Assembly (NCBI GenBank): GCA_963758255.1
Contig: CAVWUX010000010.1
Span: 19,797-83,796, forward strand
Direction: 5' to 3'
Length of the DNA: 64,000 nucleotides
Source: an uncultured Acidobacteriaceae bacterium
Lineage (GTDB): Bacteria; Acidobacteriota; Terriglobia; Terriglobales; Acidobacteriaceae
Part shown: positions 29,377 through 39,677 of the stretch, piece by piece
Numbering within the stretch: the first letter of the stretch is position 1
Layout: every line of letters starts with the position of its first letter
Made by a program: the position numbers and the translations under genes
Notes under the pieces: generated by a model
What the model saw: only the letters and a program-made list of their open reading frames with translations
Told to the model about the DNA's origin: nothing
Databases searched by the model: none

Positions 29377-31821
29377 GTGCACTCAATCGCACAAGAACTT
29401 CGCTACGCAATAAGGCAACTTGCCAAGTCACCCGGATTCGCCATCGTATCCATCCTCACCCTCGCGCTTGGCATTGGCGCCAACATCGCGGTCTTCTCCG
29501 TGACCAACGCGATCCTTCTGAATCCCAGCGGAGTTCCGCATGCGGCGAACCTGGTTGCGCTGCGCGCCCGCTACGGTGGTCTGGCCGACCTGAGTAACAT
29601 TTCGATCTCCGCACCTGACTTCGCCGATGCGGATGCCGGAAAAGACATTTTTGCCGCAGCCGCTGTCGCTAACGCCACGAACTTCAATTTCAGCCGGGAG
29701 AATGCGAATCCCGAATTGGTGAGTGGCGCGCAAGTCTCATCGCAATACTTCGACGTTTTTGAGGTGCGTCCTGTCCTTGGGCGCGTGTTCACCTCGGAAG
29801 AAGACCAGCCGGGCGCCGGCCCTGTGGTTGTGCTGTCGCACGATGTCTGGAAGAAACGTTTTGGATCTGACCCGGAGATCGTCGGTCGCTCCATCGTCCT
29901 CAATCAACGATCGTATCGGGTGATAGGAGTCATGGGCCCGGAGTTTAAATGGCCCAATCAGGCCGAGATCTGGGTTCCAATTGCGCTTCTTCCCGCGCGC
30001 TATCACGACCCAAACTACCGCTATAACGAATATCTCTTCGGCGTCGCCCGCCTTCGGCCCGGAGTCACGTTGCAGCAGGCCAATGCCTATCTCAACAAGA
30101 AGGCCGAAGAGAACATCACCTCGGAAGGCAGCAATAGCTACGGCAGAGTCAGCGGCTGGGGAATGTTTTCCATACCTCTCACCGAATTTATCGGGGGCAA
30201 TCTTCGCAAGCCGCTGATCGTGCTGCTGGCGGCGGTTGGAATGGTACTGCTGATCGCCTGTGCCAACATTGCCGGCCTCCAAATGGCACGCGCTTCGGCG
30301 CGTCAACGCGATCTGGCGGTGCGGATCGCTCTGGGTGCATCCCGCTGGAAACTGGTTCGCCAGGCGTTGATGGAAAGCGTTGTGCTGACAGTCTGCGGAC
30401 TCGCCCTTGGCTTTGTTGTCGCCTATGTTGTTGCCCCTTTCCTTTTGCGCGGCCTGCCGCCCAATCTGGCCGAACATTTGCAGCTCTCTTTCCGGGGACC
30501 CGTGCTCTTTTTCGTCGTTGCAATTGCCGTTGTCTGCTCATTGCTCTGTGGTGTCGTACCCGCCTGGCACCGCACGCAACCCGGCTGGTTCAGCGCTTTG
30601 CATGAGTCCGGCCGCTCCGGTACCTCCGGACGTCGCAGTCAACGGGCGCGCTCCACGCTGGTAATCGCGCAGATCGCCCTTTCACTCATGCTGCTAGCCG
30701 GCGCTGGTCTTCTGTTCAGCAGCCTCCGCGCTGTCGAGACGGTCGAAACCGGCTTCCAAGCCTACGGTCTGGCCTCAGCTTCGTTCTCACTGCCAAAAAC
30801 CGTATACGACAAGGATGAGAAGCAAGCCGCTTTCCTCACCGCCCTGGAGGAACGTCTGCGCAACATCCCTGGCGTCAGTTCGGCAGCGCTGGTCGATTCC
30901 CTGCCCTTCAGCAACAATGGCGGTATGTCCAGCTTCTACATTCAAGGACGTCCGAAGGGACCCAACGACCCCGGCCCTCATGGCAGCATCCGGCTGATCT
31001 CCCCGGACTATTTCACGACTCTCCGCATTCCTCTGTTGCAGGGCCGTGATTTTACTGATCAGGACCGCAAGACTACCGAGCAGGTGGCCATTGTCGACGA
31101 AGTTCTCGCTCATCAATATTGGCCGGGGCAGAATCCTATCGGCCAGCATATCGCCTTCGACGATCCCAACAAAGGACCGTGGTTCACGATTGTCGGTCTG
31201 GTAGCTCACTCCCGTTCCAACTCGCTTGAGGCCGACACCAACGAGGGCTTCTACTACATCCCGATCGCACAGCTCCCGAGCCTGGCAACCTCGCTTGTGG
31301 TACGCTCCTCGCGTCCAGCGGAGAATCTGACCTCTGACCTGGCCGCTGCTGTTCGAGCGGGCGACTCGAGTATCCCCATTTACGACGTTAAGACCATGGA
31401 GGAACGGGTCAACGAATCTCTGGTGGGCCGCAAATTCCTGGTCATCCTGCTCGGCGCTTTTGCCGGTCTGGCGCTGCTTCTCGCGGCCCTGGGACTCTAC
31501 GGCGTCATCAGCTTTTCGGTCCGCCTCCGGACTCGCGAGTTGGGGGTGCGGATGGCGCTGGGCGCACAGCGCGGCCGAGTGCTGCAGCTGGTTCTGCTGC
31601 AGGGACTGCGCCTGGCAGTATTTGGGGTGGCGTTTGGACTGGTCGCCGCGGCAGTGCTGGGACGGTTATTCAGCAGCCTGTTGTTTCGGGTCAGCATCCT
31701 GAACTTCCTCCCGTGGCTCACTGCCATCGCCTTGCTCGTGGCAACCGTCCTGATAGCGAGTTATCTTCCCGCGCGGCGGGCGGCGTCCATTGAGCCGATG
31801 AAGGCACTGAGAACCGAATAG
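29377..31821 (+). CDS. ADOP-family duplicated MacB-like/FtsX ABC permease
   Basis: N-terminus LRYAIRQLAKSPGFAIVSILTLALGIGANIAVFS, two FtsX permease halves, C-terminus PARRAASIEPMKALRTE. AGGAGA SD before the GTG start. Confidence 0.9.
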   Translation: MHSIAQELRYAIRQLAKSPGFAIVSILTLALGIGANIAVFSVTNAILLNPSGVPHAANLVALRARYGGLADLSNISISAPDFADADAGKDIFAAAAVANATNFNFSRENANPELVSGAQVSSQYFDVFEVRPVLGRVFTSEEDQPGAGPVVVLSHDVWKKRFGSDPEIVGRSIVLNQRSYRVIGVMGPEFKWPNQAEIWVPIALLPARYHDPNYRYNEYLFGVARLRPGVTLQQANAYLNKKAEENITSEGSNSYGRVSGWGMFSIPLTEFIGGNLRKPLIVLLAAVGMVLLIACANIAGLQMARASARQRDLAVRIALGASRWKLVRQALMESVVLTVCGLALGFVVAYVVAPFLLRGLPPNLAEHLQLSFRGPVLFFVVAIAVVCSLLCGVVPAWHRTQPGWFSALHESGRSGTSGRRSQRARSTLVIAQIALSLMLLAGAGLLFSSLRAVETVETGFQAYGLASASFSLPKTVYDKDEKQAAFLTALEERLRNIPGVSSAALVDSLPFSNNGGMSSFYIQGRPKGPNDPGPHGSIRLISPDYFTTLRIPLLQGRDFTDQDRKTTEQVAIVDEVLAHQYWPGQNPIGQHIAFDDPNKGPWFTIVGLVAHSRSNSLEADTNEGFYYIPIAQLPSLATSLVVRSSRPAENLTSDLAAAVRAGDSSIPIYDVKTMEERVNESLVGRKFLVILLGAFAGLALLLAALGLYGVISFSVRLRTRELGVRMALGAQRGRVLQLVLLQGLRLAVFGVAFGLVAAAVLGRLFSSLLFRVSILNFLPWLTAIALLVATVLIASYLPARRAASIEPMKALRTE

Positions 31822-31848
31822 CCATTTGACTCAGGAGATGAGGAACTG

Positions 31849-34359
31849 ATGGGAACGATCCTGTACGAAATTCGAATGGCACTGCGGCAGATCCGCAAGG
31901 CCCCGGGATTCGCCATTGTGGCGGTGCTCACGCTGGCATTAGGTATCGGCGCCAATACTGCGGTTTTCACCCTGCTAGACCAGGCTCTGCTGCGCCGGCT
32001 GCCGGTATCTCATCCCGAGCAGCTGGTGCGACTGCGATTTGCCGGGTCCAGCCCCGGGCACATTCAGTCGTATGGCGGAGACGACCAGGATTATTTTTCC
32101 TATCCGATGTACCGCGATCTTCGCGACAAGAACACGGTGTTCGACGGCCTGCTGGCCAGCGATCAGTGCCAGGCAGGCATCCAGTGGAACAACTCGCCGG
32201 ATCTGGTGAGTTGCGAGATGATCTCCGGCAACTATTTTCAGGTGCTGGGGGTACAACCTGCGATCGGCCGGCTCATGGTGCCCTCCGACGACGTTCCTAA
32301 CAGTCCACCGGTTGCTGTCCTGAGTTTCAACTACTGGAAGACGAAGCTGGGCGCCGATCCACGCGTGATCAATCAGACGCTGCTGATCAATGCCCACCCG
32401 TTTATGATCGTCGGAGTCTCGGCTCCGGGGTTTCACAGCGTAGTCGCCGGACAGACTCCCAAGATCTTTGTGCCCATCACGGCCCAACCTGTGATTCAGG
32501 CTCGTCTCCAGATTTTCGACGATCACAAGTCGCGGTGGTTGACGCTGGCCGCCCGCCTCAAGCCGGGCGAAACTCCGGCAGCGGCGGAAGCCGGCATCAA
32601 CCCACTCTGGAATGGACTTCGAGCGGAAGAGTTTCCGTTATTCAAGAGCACCTCTGAGCACTTTCGCCAGGCATTCTTCGACAAGGCGCACCTGTTCGTC
32701 GTTGACGGATCCAAGGGCTTCTCTCCGCTGCGCGATCAGATCGGAGAGCCACTGCTCATCGTGATGGGCATGGTAGGGCTCGTGGTTCTGATGGCGTGCG
32801 TGAACATATCCAGCCTGCTGCTGGTGCGCGCCTCGGGCCGTGCGCGGGAAATGTCGGTCCGTTACGCGATGGGCGCCAGTCGGTGGCAGATCATCCGGCA
32901 ATTGCTGATCGAAGGCCTGCTGCTGGGTACGTTGGGAGGCATCGCCGGCCTGATCCTCGCGCCTCTGGCTTCAAGAGCATTGGTCCGCGCCGTCGTCGTG
33001 GGAGACGTCTCTCAATTTCCCTTCAACACGAGTGTCGACCTGCGTATTCTGCTCTTCAACTTTGTCATGGCCTTTGCCGCCAGCGTTGTCTTCAGCCTGG
33101 CGCCCGCGTTGCGTTTTCTGAAGCCCGATCTGGTGAACTCGCTGAAGCAGCAGAGCGGGACGACCGGCGCGTCGCCGTTGCGGTTTCGCCGAGTCATGGT
33201 GGGCTTGCAGATCGGATTGAGCCTCATGCTCGTGGTCGGTGCGGGACTCTTCGTGCGCACGCTCCATAACCTGGAGTCGCAGGACGTTGGCTTCGTTACC
33301 GATCACCTCGTAACTTTCGGCATAAGTCCGCAGTTGGCTGGATACCAGCAGGAGCAGATAAGTCCTTTACATCAGCGGGTGCTTGATACGCTCGCAGCGC
33401 TTCCCGGCGTCCACTCCGTGGGCGGCACCGACGACCCTGAACTGGCGAACGACGACATCGTCAGCACCTTTTCCATCGGCGGGTACGAGGCCAAGGAGGA
33501 TGAAGATATGGGTATGGAAGCTCCCTCCGTAACCCCCGGCTACTTCGCCACCTTGCGGCTTCCACTGCTGGCGGGAAGGGTCTTCACCGATCAGGATGTG
33601 GTTGGCCAGCCGAAAGTGGCGGTGGTGAATGCGACCCTGGCGCGCAAGTATTTCGGCGATCCGCAACACGCCATCGGTCGCGCAGTTGGACGCGGGCACG
33701 GGGACGGGACCAAATTCGACATCCAGATCGTAGGAGTCGTCGGAGATACCAAGCACACGGGCGTGCGCGATGAAATCCGGCGCACCATCTATCAGCCGTT
33801 TTCCCAGAACGAAAAGCAGGGCGGATTGCAGTATTACGTTCGCACCTGGCAGTCGCCGGAAGCTGCCGAAGCGACCATTCGTACTGCCCTCCAGAACCTG
33901 GATTCCAAGCTGGTGCTCGACACCATGCGCACCATGGATGAGCAGATCGCCGACAATCTGATGAACGATCGGCTGATCGCCTTGCTGGCGGTGGTATTTG
34001 CAACGCTGGCCACGCTGCTCGCTGCCATCGGCCTCTACGGGGTGTTGGCCTACTCGACCGCCCAACGCACCCGCGAGATCGGCATCCGCATGGCCATGGG
34101 CGCCCAGCGGATCAGCGTCGTTCGCATGGTGTTGGCGGATGTCCTGTGGCTGGCCGGCGTGAGCATTGTGCTCACCATTCCGCTCTCCATTTTGTTGGCC
34201 CGCATGGTTCGCAGCCAACTCTACGGGGTGAGCTCGTTTGACCCGCTCACTCTCCTCGCCGGCACCTTGCTGGTCGCATTGGTGGCGCTGCTGGCGGCCT
34301 TGTTGCCAGCCCGGCGGGCTGCTTCCATCGAGCCCATGAAAGCGCTGCGAACGGAGTAG
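31849..34359 (+). CDS. ADOP-family duplicated MacB-like/FtsX ABC permease (second copy)
   Basis: Same architecture and the same conserved N- and C-termini (ALRQIRKAPGFAIVAVLTLALGIGANTAVF ... IEPMKALRTE). Confidence 0.9.
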   Translation: MGTILYEIRMALRQIRKAPGFAIVAVLTLALGIGANTAVFTLLDQALLRRLPVSHPEQLVRLRFAGSSPGHIQSYGGDDQDYFSYPMYRDLRDKNTVFDGLLASDQCQAGIQWNNSPDLVSCEMISGNYFQVLGVQPAIGRLMVPSDDVPNSPPVAVLSFNYWKTKLGADPRVINQTLLINAHPFMIVGVSAPGFHSVVAGQTPKIFVPITAQPVIQARLQIFDDHKSRWLTLAARLKPGETPAAAEAGINPLWNGLRAEEFPLFKSTSEHFRQAFFDKAHLFVVDGSKGFSPLRDQIGEPLLIVMGMVGLVVLMACVNISSLLLVRASGRAREMSVRYAMGASRWQIIRQLLIEGLLLGTLGGIAGLILAPLASRALVRAVVVGDVSQFPFNTSVDLRILLFNFVMAFAASVVFSLAPALRFLKPDLVNSLKQQSGTTGASPLRFRRVMVGLQIGLSLMLVVGAGLFVRTLHNLESQDVGFVTDHLVTFGISPQLAGYQQEQISPLHQRVLDTLAALPGVHSVGGTDDPELANDDIVSTFSIGGYEAKEDEDMGMEAPSVTPGYFATLRLPLLAGRVFTDQDVVGQPKVAVVNATLARKYFGDPQHAIGRAVGRGHGDGTKFDIQIVGVVGDTKHTGVRDEIRRTIYQPFSQNEKQGGLQYYVRTWQSPEAAEATIRTALQNLDSKLVLDTMRTMDEQIADNLMNDRLIALLAVVFATLATLLAAIGLYGVLAYSTAQRTREIGIRMAMGAQRISVVRMVLADVLWLAGVSIVLTIPLSILLARMVRSQLYGVSSFDPLTLLAGTLLVALVALLAALLPARRAASIEPMKALRTE

Positions 34360-34917
34360 TCAGTGCGTCCTGCTCCCCAACGCGGGAGTGGCGGTGGTCG
34401 GCATGCGAGGGCGTTCCCGAGGTGCGTCCACGGGCGTGCCTTCCAGCTTGAGACGCATGTTCTCGGCGAGCTCATGTATGACTTGGATTTTCTCGGCCAT
34501 ACCTTCGGCTACCGATGGCGTCCGTAACGCCAGTTCGCAGTTCAGCAGGATGCCGGTCACCTCGCCCCGCAGCAGGTTGCGCAGAACGCTTTCCGCCGTC
34601 CGCATGGCAGCCAGCTTCTCCCGCACAAAGCGCAACATGCCGTTTTGCACTTCGCGCGTCACTCTCTCCGTGCCGTGCAGCGCCAGATTGACGTAGATGG
34701 GCATGGCCGCTCCTGCGTGGTTCAGCAACTGGCTTACGCCTCCAGTGTCGACATGGTTGAACGACTCGTCGAGAACCACGGCGTCGTATTCGTGCGCTTG
34801 CAGGCACTCGACGGCTTTTGCCAGCGATGACGCGATCTGTGTTTTCTGGCGTATCGTCTGTTCGATGGCCGCGGCACACTCTCTGGCTCGCGGCGATGTT
34901 GTTATCAGGATAACCAT
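34360..34917 (-). CDS. Receiver-like protein with a degenerate DHp-like helix
   Basis: 185-aa ORF. REC-like N-terminus lacks the acidic pair (VILITTSPR; AVVLDESF). The C-terminal helix SVLRNLLRGEVTGILLN aligns with HELRNPL-type H-boxes, but His is replaced by Ser. Confidence 0.55.
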   Translation of the reverse strand: MVILITTSPRARECAAAIEQTIRQKTQIASSLAKAVECLQAHEYDAVVLDESFNHVDTGGVSQLLNHAGAAMPIYVNLALHGTERVTREVQNGMLRFVREKLAAMRTAESVLRNLLRGEVTGILLNCELALRTPSVAEGMAEKIQVIHELAENMRLKLEGTPVDAPRERPRMPTTATPALGSRTH

Positions 34918-35004
34918 AGGATCCTCCGGTCAACAGATGTGGGCGCACTTCACCGGCCCCGCACAGAAGCAGGTATGCCCAGAGAGATGGATGCGGCCCG
35001 GCGG

Positions 35005-36531
35005 CTACACCGTCGAGCCGTATTCTTTCAGTTTGCGATACAGGGTCGTCTTGCCGATTCCCAGTTGCCGGGCGGCCTCCAGCTTGTCGCCGTTCAGGAC
35101 CGTAATGGCGTGCAGAATCGCCCGCTTCTCCAGATCCGCCAGCGACGCAACGCCGGCCAACTCGAGACTGGTCGGAACCACCGCCGGTGTCTGCGTCTGA
35201 GAGTTCTGCAACGCAGTCGGCAAGTCAGCAATGTGGATGGTTGGACCCGAGGTCAGGGCGCACGCCCGTTCCAGGCAGTTCTCCAGTTCGCGCACGTTAC
35301 CGGGCCAGTCGTAGTTGAGCATCAGTCTGAGGGCGTCGTCGCTGATGTTGCGCTGAACACCCGTGGTGCGGGCGACTCGTTCCAGAATGTGTCCCGCCAG
35401 CAAGGGAATGTCTTGCTTGCGCTCGCGCAGCGCCGGCACCCGCAACGTCAATACATTGAGCCGGAAGTACAGATCGCGGCGGAAGGTTCCCTGTTGTACG
35501 GCCTCTTCCAGATCGCGATTAGTGGCCGCCAGGATGCGCACATTGATGGGAATCGCGCGGGTACCGCCGACCGGCCGGATTTCTTTCTCCTGCAGGGCCC
35601 GTAACAGTTTTGCCTGTAGGTCCACCGGCAATTCGCCGACTTCGTCCAGAAACACGGTCCCACCATCGGCGGCGGCCATTAGACCGTCTTTGGCCCGGAC
35701 CGCGCCGGTAAATGCACCCTTCACGTAGCCGAACAGTTCGCTCTCGATCAAGGTGGGCACCAGCGAACCGCAATCGACAGGAATGAAGGGCTTGTCGCGA
35801 AAGGAGCCCGAATAGTGGATCGAACGCGCCACCAACTCCTTGCCTGTGCCGCTCTCGCCCAGGATGAGCACCGGATGCGTGCTGTGGGCTGCCTTTCCGA
35901 TGATGCGATAGAGCCGGTCCATTTCCGGCGCCTGTCCCACCATCGCCCCGAATCCATGCTTCGACTTCACCTGCTCGCGCAGCAGCCGGTTCTCCGTGGC
36001 GAGTTTCAGGTGCGCTGTCACCCGGTCCAGCACCAGGCGCAGCTCATCGAAGTTGAAGGGTTTGGTGACATAGTCGTAGGCGCCAGATTTCATGGCCTGA
36101 ACCGCCGACTGCACGGTCGCAAATCCAGTCATGATCACGACTACGGTATCCGGACGGCGTCGTTTGATCTCGCGCAGCACTTCCACGCCGTTCGTGCCCG
36201 GAAGCCGCAGATCGAGCAATACGACGTCCACGTTCGTGCTATCCAGGACCCGGTAGCAGTGTTCGGGTGAATCCGCGATCTCGGTGCTGAACCCCAACGC
36301 CATCGCGACCTCACGACAGGACTCGCGCACCGAGCGTTCGTCGTCAACGATCAATAGGTTAAGGAGATTTGTATCGGCGGTCTGTTCAATGGTTGTAAAT
36401 GTCTCGGCAGTATGCACGGCCAGGTCCTCTTCCATACAACTCGGATTGACGAAGCAATCGCAATTAGATTGTGGCAACGTCTGCATGACCATTGTCCCTT
36501 TTTGGGAAATCGACGCTAGTACGGCGGTCAC
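35005..36531 (-). CDS. Sigma54-dependent response regulator (NtrC family: REC + AAA+ + Fis HTH)
   Basis: REC (LLIVDDERS, VVLLDLRLPG), AAA+ with GESGTGKE and the GAFTGA motif, and a C-terminal HTH (AARQLGIGKTTLYRKLKEYG). ATGA overlap with the upstream gene. Confidence 0.9.
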   Translation of the reverse strand: MTAVLASISQKGTMVMQTLPQSNCDCFVNPSCMEEDLAVHTAETFTTIEQTADTNLLNLLIVDDERSVRESCREVAMALGFSTEIADSPEHCYRVLDSTNVDVVLLDLRLPGTNGVEVLREIKRRRPDTVVVIMTGFATVQSAVQAMKSGAYDYVTKPFNFDELRLVLDRVTAHLKLATENRLLREQVKSKHGFGAMVGQAPEMDRLYRIIGKAAHSTHPVLILGESGTGKELVARSIHYSGSFRDKPFIPVDCGSLVPTLIESELFGYVKGAFTGAVRAKDGLMAAADGGTVFLDEVGELPVDLQAKLLRALQEKEIRPVGGTRAIPINVRILAATNRDLEEAVQQGTFRRDLYFRLNVLTLRVPALRERKQDIPLLAGHILERVARTTGVQRNISDDALRLMLNYDWPGNVRELENCLERACALTSGPTIHIADLPTALQNSQTQTPAVVPTSLELAGVASLADLEKRAILHAITVLNGDKLEAARQLGIGKTTLYRKLKEYGSTV

Positions 36532-36962
36532 ACCATCGTGTGAGGAACCTTTTCTGGGTCTGGCAGAATAACCGTTGCCGGCTCGACGTTCGCCTCAAGC
36601 TTGAGTCCCGCCGCCTTCAGGGGATCGGCACGTGGAGGCGAATTCGTACCTTCAATCAGCGTCAGCGCGCTCGCTTCTACATATCTGCAACCATCGTTCG
36701 ACGCCGATTGCTCCCCGGCTTCCAATTTCCTCAGCAGACGCTTCAAGATCTCGCCGCCCCGCTGCGCGCTTCGCTCGATCTCGTGCAGGTAGCGCTTGCC
36801 GCGGCTATAGGACGGCATCTTCCATTCCATCACCTGGGCGTTCAGCAGTATTCCGGCCAATACGTTGTTCAGGTCGTGCAGGATTTCAGCGCAATCTGCG
36901 CAGGTAACTTTGGAACATACAGTGGCATTGCGGCTTCCCGCGCTAGCGCTGCCTTCACCCAT
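36528..36962 (-). CDS. DHp (HisKA)-only histidine-kinase fragment protein
   Basis: 144-aa ORF with the H-box AEILHDLNNVLAGILLNAQV and no ATPase (N/G1/G2) motifs. Cys cluster CSKVTCADC just before the H-box. Confidence 0.65.
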   Translation of the reverse strand: MGEGSASAGSRNATVCSKVTCADCAEILHDLNNVLAGILLNAQVMEWKMPSYSRGKRYLHEIERSAQRGGEILKRLLRKLEAGEQSASNDGCRYVEASALTLIEGTNSPPRADPLKAAGLKLEANVEPATVILPDPEKVPHTMV

Positions 36963-37031
36963 CCACTCTTTGAAATGGCCTCATGACTCGTCCCCTTCCA
37001 GAATCCTGTCATCCGAACATCCAATTGAAAG

Positions 37032-37046
37032 GCACGAGTAATGCCA
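37032..37046 (-). promoter_or_regulatory. Sigma54-type promoter candidate TGGCAT-N5-GTGC
   Basis: The minus strand reads TTGGCATTACTCGTGCC with canonical GG/GC spacing, ~70 nt upstream of the DHp-only/NtrC operon start. An imperfect palindrome GTTCCGAAACGGGAC (37135-37149) lies ~95 nt further upstream. Confidence 0.35.
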
Positions 37047-37276
37047 AACCCGAACCGTGGAACAACATCTGTCTTTTCAATACGCTAAGGACGGGAAAGA
37101 GAGGTGCTCGTCGTACCGGGAAATTTGGCTTGAAGTTCCGAAACGGGACGAACTGCAGCTCGCAGGGACTGTATGTAGCGTGAAATGTGGATCTTGGCCC
37201 ATGAATCCCGAAACAGAATCAATATGCCATCGGTTCCCAGAATGGGCGTCGAATCTCCAGGTAGATAAGAAAGCGC

Positions 37277-37304
37277 AAAAAAACGGGAGGCTGACTGCCC
37301 CCCG
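37277..37304 (-). terminator. Rho-independent terminator of the BNR-repeat gene
   Basis: The minus strand reads CGGGGGG-CAGTCAG-CCTCCCG (7-bp stem) followed by TTTTTTT, 27 nt after the stop codon. Confidence 0.8.
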
Positions 37305-37330
37305 TTTTCTCCGTCGGATTAAATGAACTT

Positions 37331-39466
37331 CTAATCCTGGTTCTTAGCCCCTGCGCTTCCACCCCCAACAGCCGCCGTCGATACCGAAGCTGCAGTGCCG
37401 GCCCGCTGCAAAAGCAATCCGTTATGCCATGAGACCGCTAGCAGAAGGTCCTGATAACCCATGGCCGAACGAATGGAGAATTTGGCTTCGGAGCTCAGCT
37501 TCCAAGTCTTGCCGCCATCGACGCTTTCAAATACGCCGCGCGAATTCATTGCCGTCGCCAAGAGCCGCTGCGCCTTCTCGTCGTAGTTCACGCCCAGCAC
37601 ATAACTAGAGGCCAAGCCGTTCATAACGTGCGACCAATCCTTGCCTTCATCGGTGGTGCGCAGCGCGCCTTCCCGGGTTGCCAGCCAAAGCGATGAATCC
37701 GGAGTCATGGTGAAGTTATAGATGCCGGTGACATACTTCGGAGGCGTGATCTCCGACCAGGTTCGACCTGCGTCCCGCGAGAGGAACGCCCGCTTGACAC
37801 TGGCCAGGGTCAGAGTCCCATCAGGATAATCGTTGGCAGCTACGAAGTCACTTTCGCCATCGACCGGAGTGCCGTACCACTTTTTACCGCCGTCCACGCT
37901 GATGAACAATCCTTCGTTGGTGGCGGCATACCATGCCTTGTCCGTGATCTGGATGGAGCGCACACGCGGCGCGATGGCGATGGGAATGGGAACTTCGATC
38001 GGTTCCTTCTTCTTCGCGGTCACCGCCGGCTTCCTGGTTGCGCCTTTTGCCGTCCGAGACTTCACCGCCGTCTTCTGATGCACCGGCTCGGGAGTCTCTT
38101 CCACTTTCTTGGGCTGCCACTCGGGAACCGGTCCGCGAAACATGCTGGCAGCGACCCATGTGCCGCTCAACGACGGAAGCGAGAAAATGCCATGGTTCGT
38201 GCCGGCAAAGATGACTCCATCGTCTGCCTGTTGCATGCTCAGTATGTCGCGGTCGCCCAGCCCCTTGCTGACCTGCTGCCAGCTCTGCCCCATGTCGTCG
38301 GTGCTGAACAAGCCACCATGCAGCCGGTCGTTGACGATACCCACGTAAAGGCGATTGGGATCCTTGCGGTCGGCAATCACGGAGCCGATCATTCGGTGTG
38401 AAAAACCGCGATTCGACGACCGGTACTTGGCGAATCCGTCATTGCTCGCCAGCACTCCTCCGCGATCGGTGGCGACCAGCACCCGCTGCGGATTGCGAGG
38501 ATCGATCAGAACATCGTTCACCACAACATCGTCCGAAGTCACCAGCGACCACTTGGTGCCGCCGTCCACGGTCTTCCACAGTCCGCCGGTGGTGCCGGCG
38601 TAAACGATCGAAGACCGATCCGGATCCTGCTTCAAGACCCTGGTTCGAATTGCGGAATGAGGCAACCCTTGCACTCGACGAAATAACTCAGCGCCATTGT
38701 CGCTTTTGTAGATCCCCGAGCACGCGCTGGCGTAAACCCGCGAAGGCGTTCGGGGATCGACGATGATGCTGAAAACATCGGAATCGTCGAGCATGCCATC
38801 TTTTACGTTACGCCAGTTCTTTCCGCCGTCGGAGGTCTTCCATGCCAGATGACGGGTGCCGGCGTAAACGATGTCGGGATTCTGCGGGTCGATCGCTACG
38901 GACACAAAATTCTTCATGGAGGCGTGGTTCTCCAGTATCTCCGGGTTCTCCGGGGTCATGCGCTCCCAGGTCGCACCTCCATCTTTCGAGCGAAAGACGC
39001 CATCGAGTGCTCCGATCACCAGCACATTATGATCGATTGGCGCCATCGCCAGCGCGCGGATCGACTTGCCATGCACTCCCTCCAGTGCGAGCCAGGTGGC
39101 ACCGCCGTCATCGGAGCGGAAAACATCGCCCTCGTCGTCGTGGTACAGGCCCCAACCGGCCGCATAGATGATCTTTGGATTGGTGGGATCGAAAACGATG
39201 TGGTCGATGACCAGGTCGTCGCCCTCGCCTAGATGCACAAACGGAGCCCAGGAGTTGCCGCCGTCGTGGGAGACAAACAACTCCCCGACGCTGGTTCCTA
39301 TCAGGATGCGGTTGGGATCGCTGGGATCATACGCCAGGCAGCGCACATTGCCACCATCGGGGCCAATTAACCGCCACTCGGTGGCGACTGCAGCTTGTGT
39401 GCTTACCGTGTACAGCAGGGCAAAGCCGATCGCCAGCGTCGCGACTGAACCAATCAATTTCCGCAT
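37331..39466 (-). CDS. Secreted BNR/Asp-box repeat protein (sortilin/Ycf48-like beta-propeller)
   Basis: About ten SxDxGxxW Asp-box motifs (SHDGGNSW, SDDGGATW, SKDGGATW, TSDGGKNW, TVDGGTKW, SVDGGKKW, SRDAGRTW, SVDGGKTW ...). Signal peptide after ATG 39466. Confidence 0.85.
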   Translation of the reverse strand: MRKLIGSVATLAIGFALLYTVSTQAAVATEWRLIGPDGGNVRCLAYDPSDPNRILIGTSVGELFVSHDGGNSWAPFVHLGEGDDLVIDHIVFDPTNPKIIYAAGWGLYHDDEGDVFRSDDGGATWLALEGVHGKSIRALAMAPIDHNVLVIGALDGVFRSKDGGATWERMTPENPEILENHASMKNFVSVAIDPQNPDIVYAGTRHLAWKTSDGGKNWRNVKDGMLDDSDVFSIIVDPRTPSRVYASACSGIYKSDNGAELFRRVQGLPHSAIRTRVLKQDPDRSSIVYAGTTGGLWKTVDGGTKWSLVTSDDVVVNDVLIDPRNPQRVLVATDRGGVLASNDGFAKYRSSNRGFSHRMIGSVIADRKDPNRLYVGIVNDRLHGGLFSTDDMGQSWQQVSKGLGDRDILSMQQADDGVIFAGTNHGIFSLPSLSGTWVAASMFRGPVPEWQPKKVEETPEPVHQKTAVKSRTAKGATRKPAVTAKKKEPIEVPIPIAIAPRVRSIQITDKAWYAATNEGLFISVDGGKKWYGTPVDGESDFVAANDYPDGTLTLASVKRAFLSRDAGRTWSEITPPKYVTGIYNFTMTPDSSLWLATREGALRTTDEGKDWSHVMNGLASSYVLGVNYDEKAQRLLATAMNSRGVFESVDGGKTWKLSSEAKFSIRSAMGYQDLLLAVSWHNGLLLQRAGTAASVSTAAVGGGSAGAKNQD

Positions 39467-39677
39467 GACCACAACGACATCTCCCCTAAACAAGTATTGA
39501 ACTCAGAACACGCATCACAATCATATGCGTGCGAAGGTCGTGCCGCACAGTATCAAAACCAGTGCGTCTCTACCGCAATCCCAACTTTCCAACGCCGGAC
39601 TTTGGGTTCTTGGTTATCAGGAAAAAGCCGGTGAGAGGTTTCCCTCTCACCGGCGTGAGTCAACTGCGGCACTTCAG

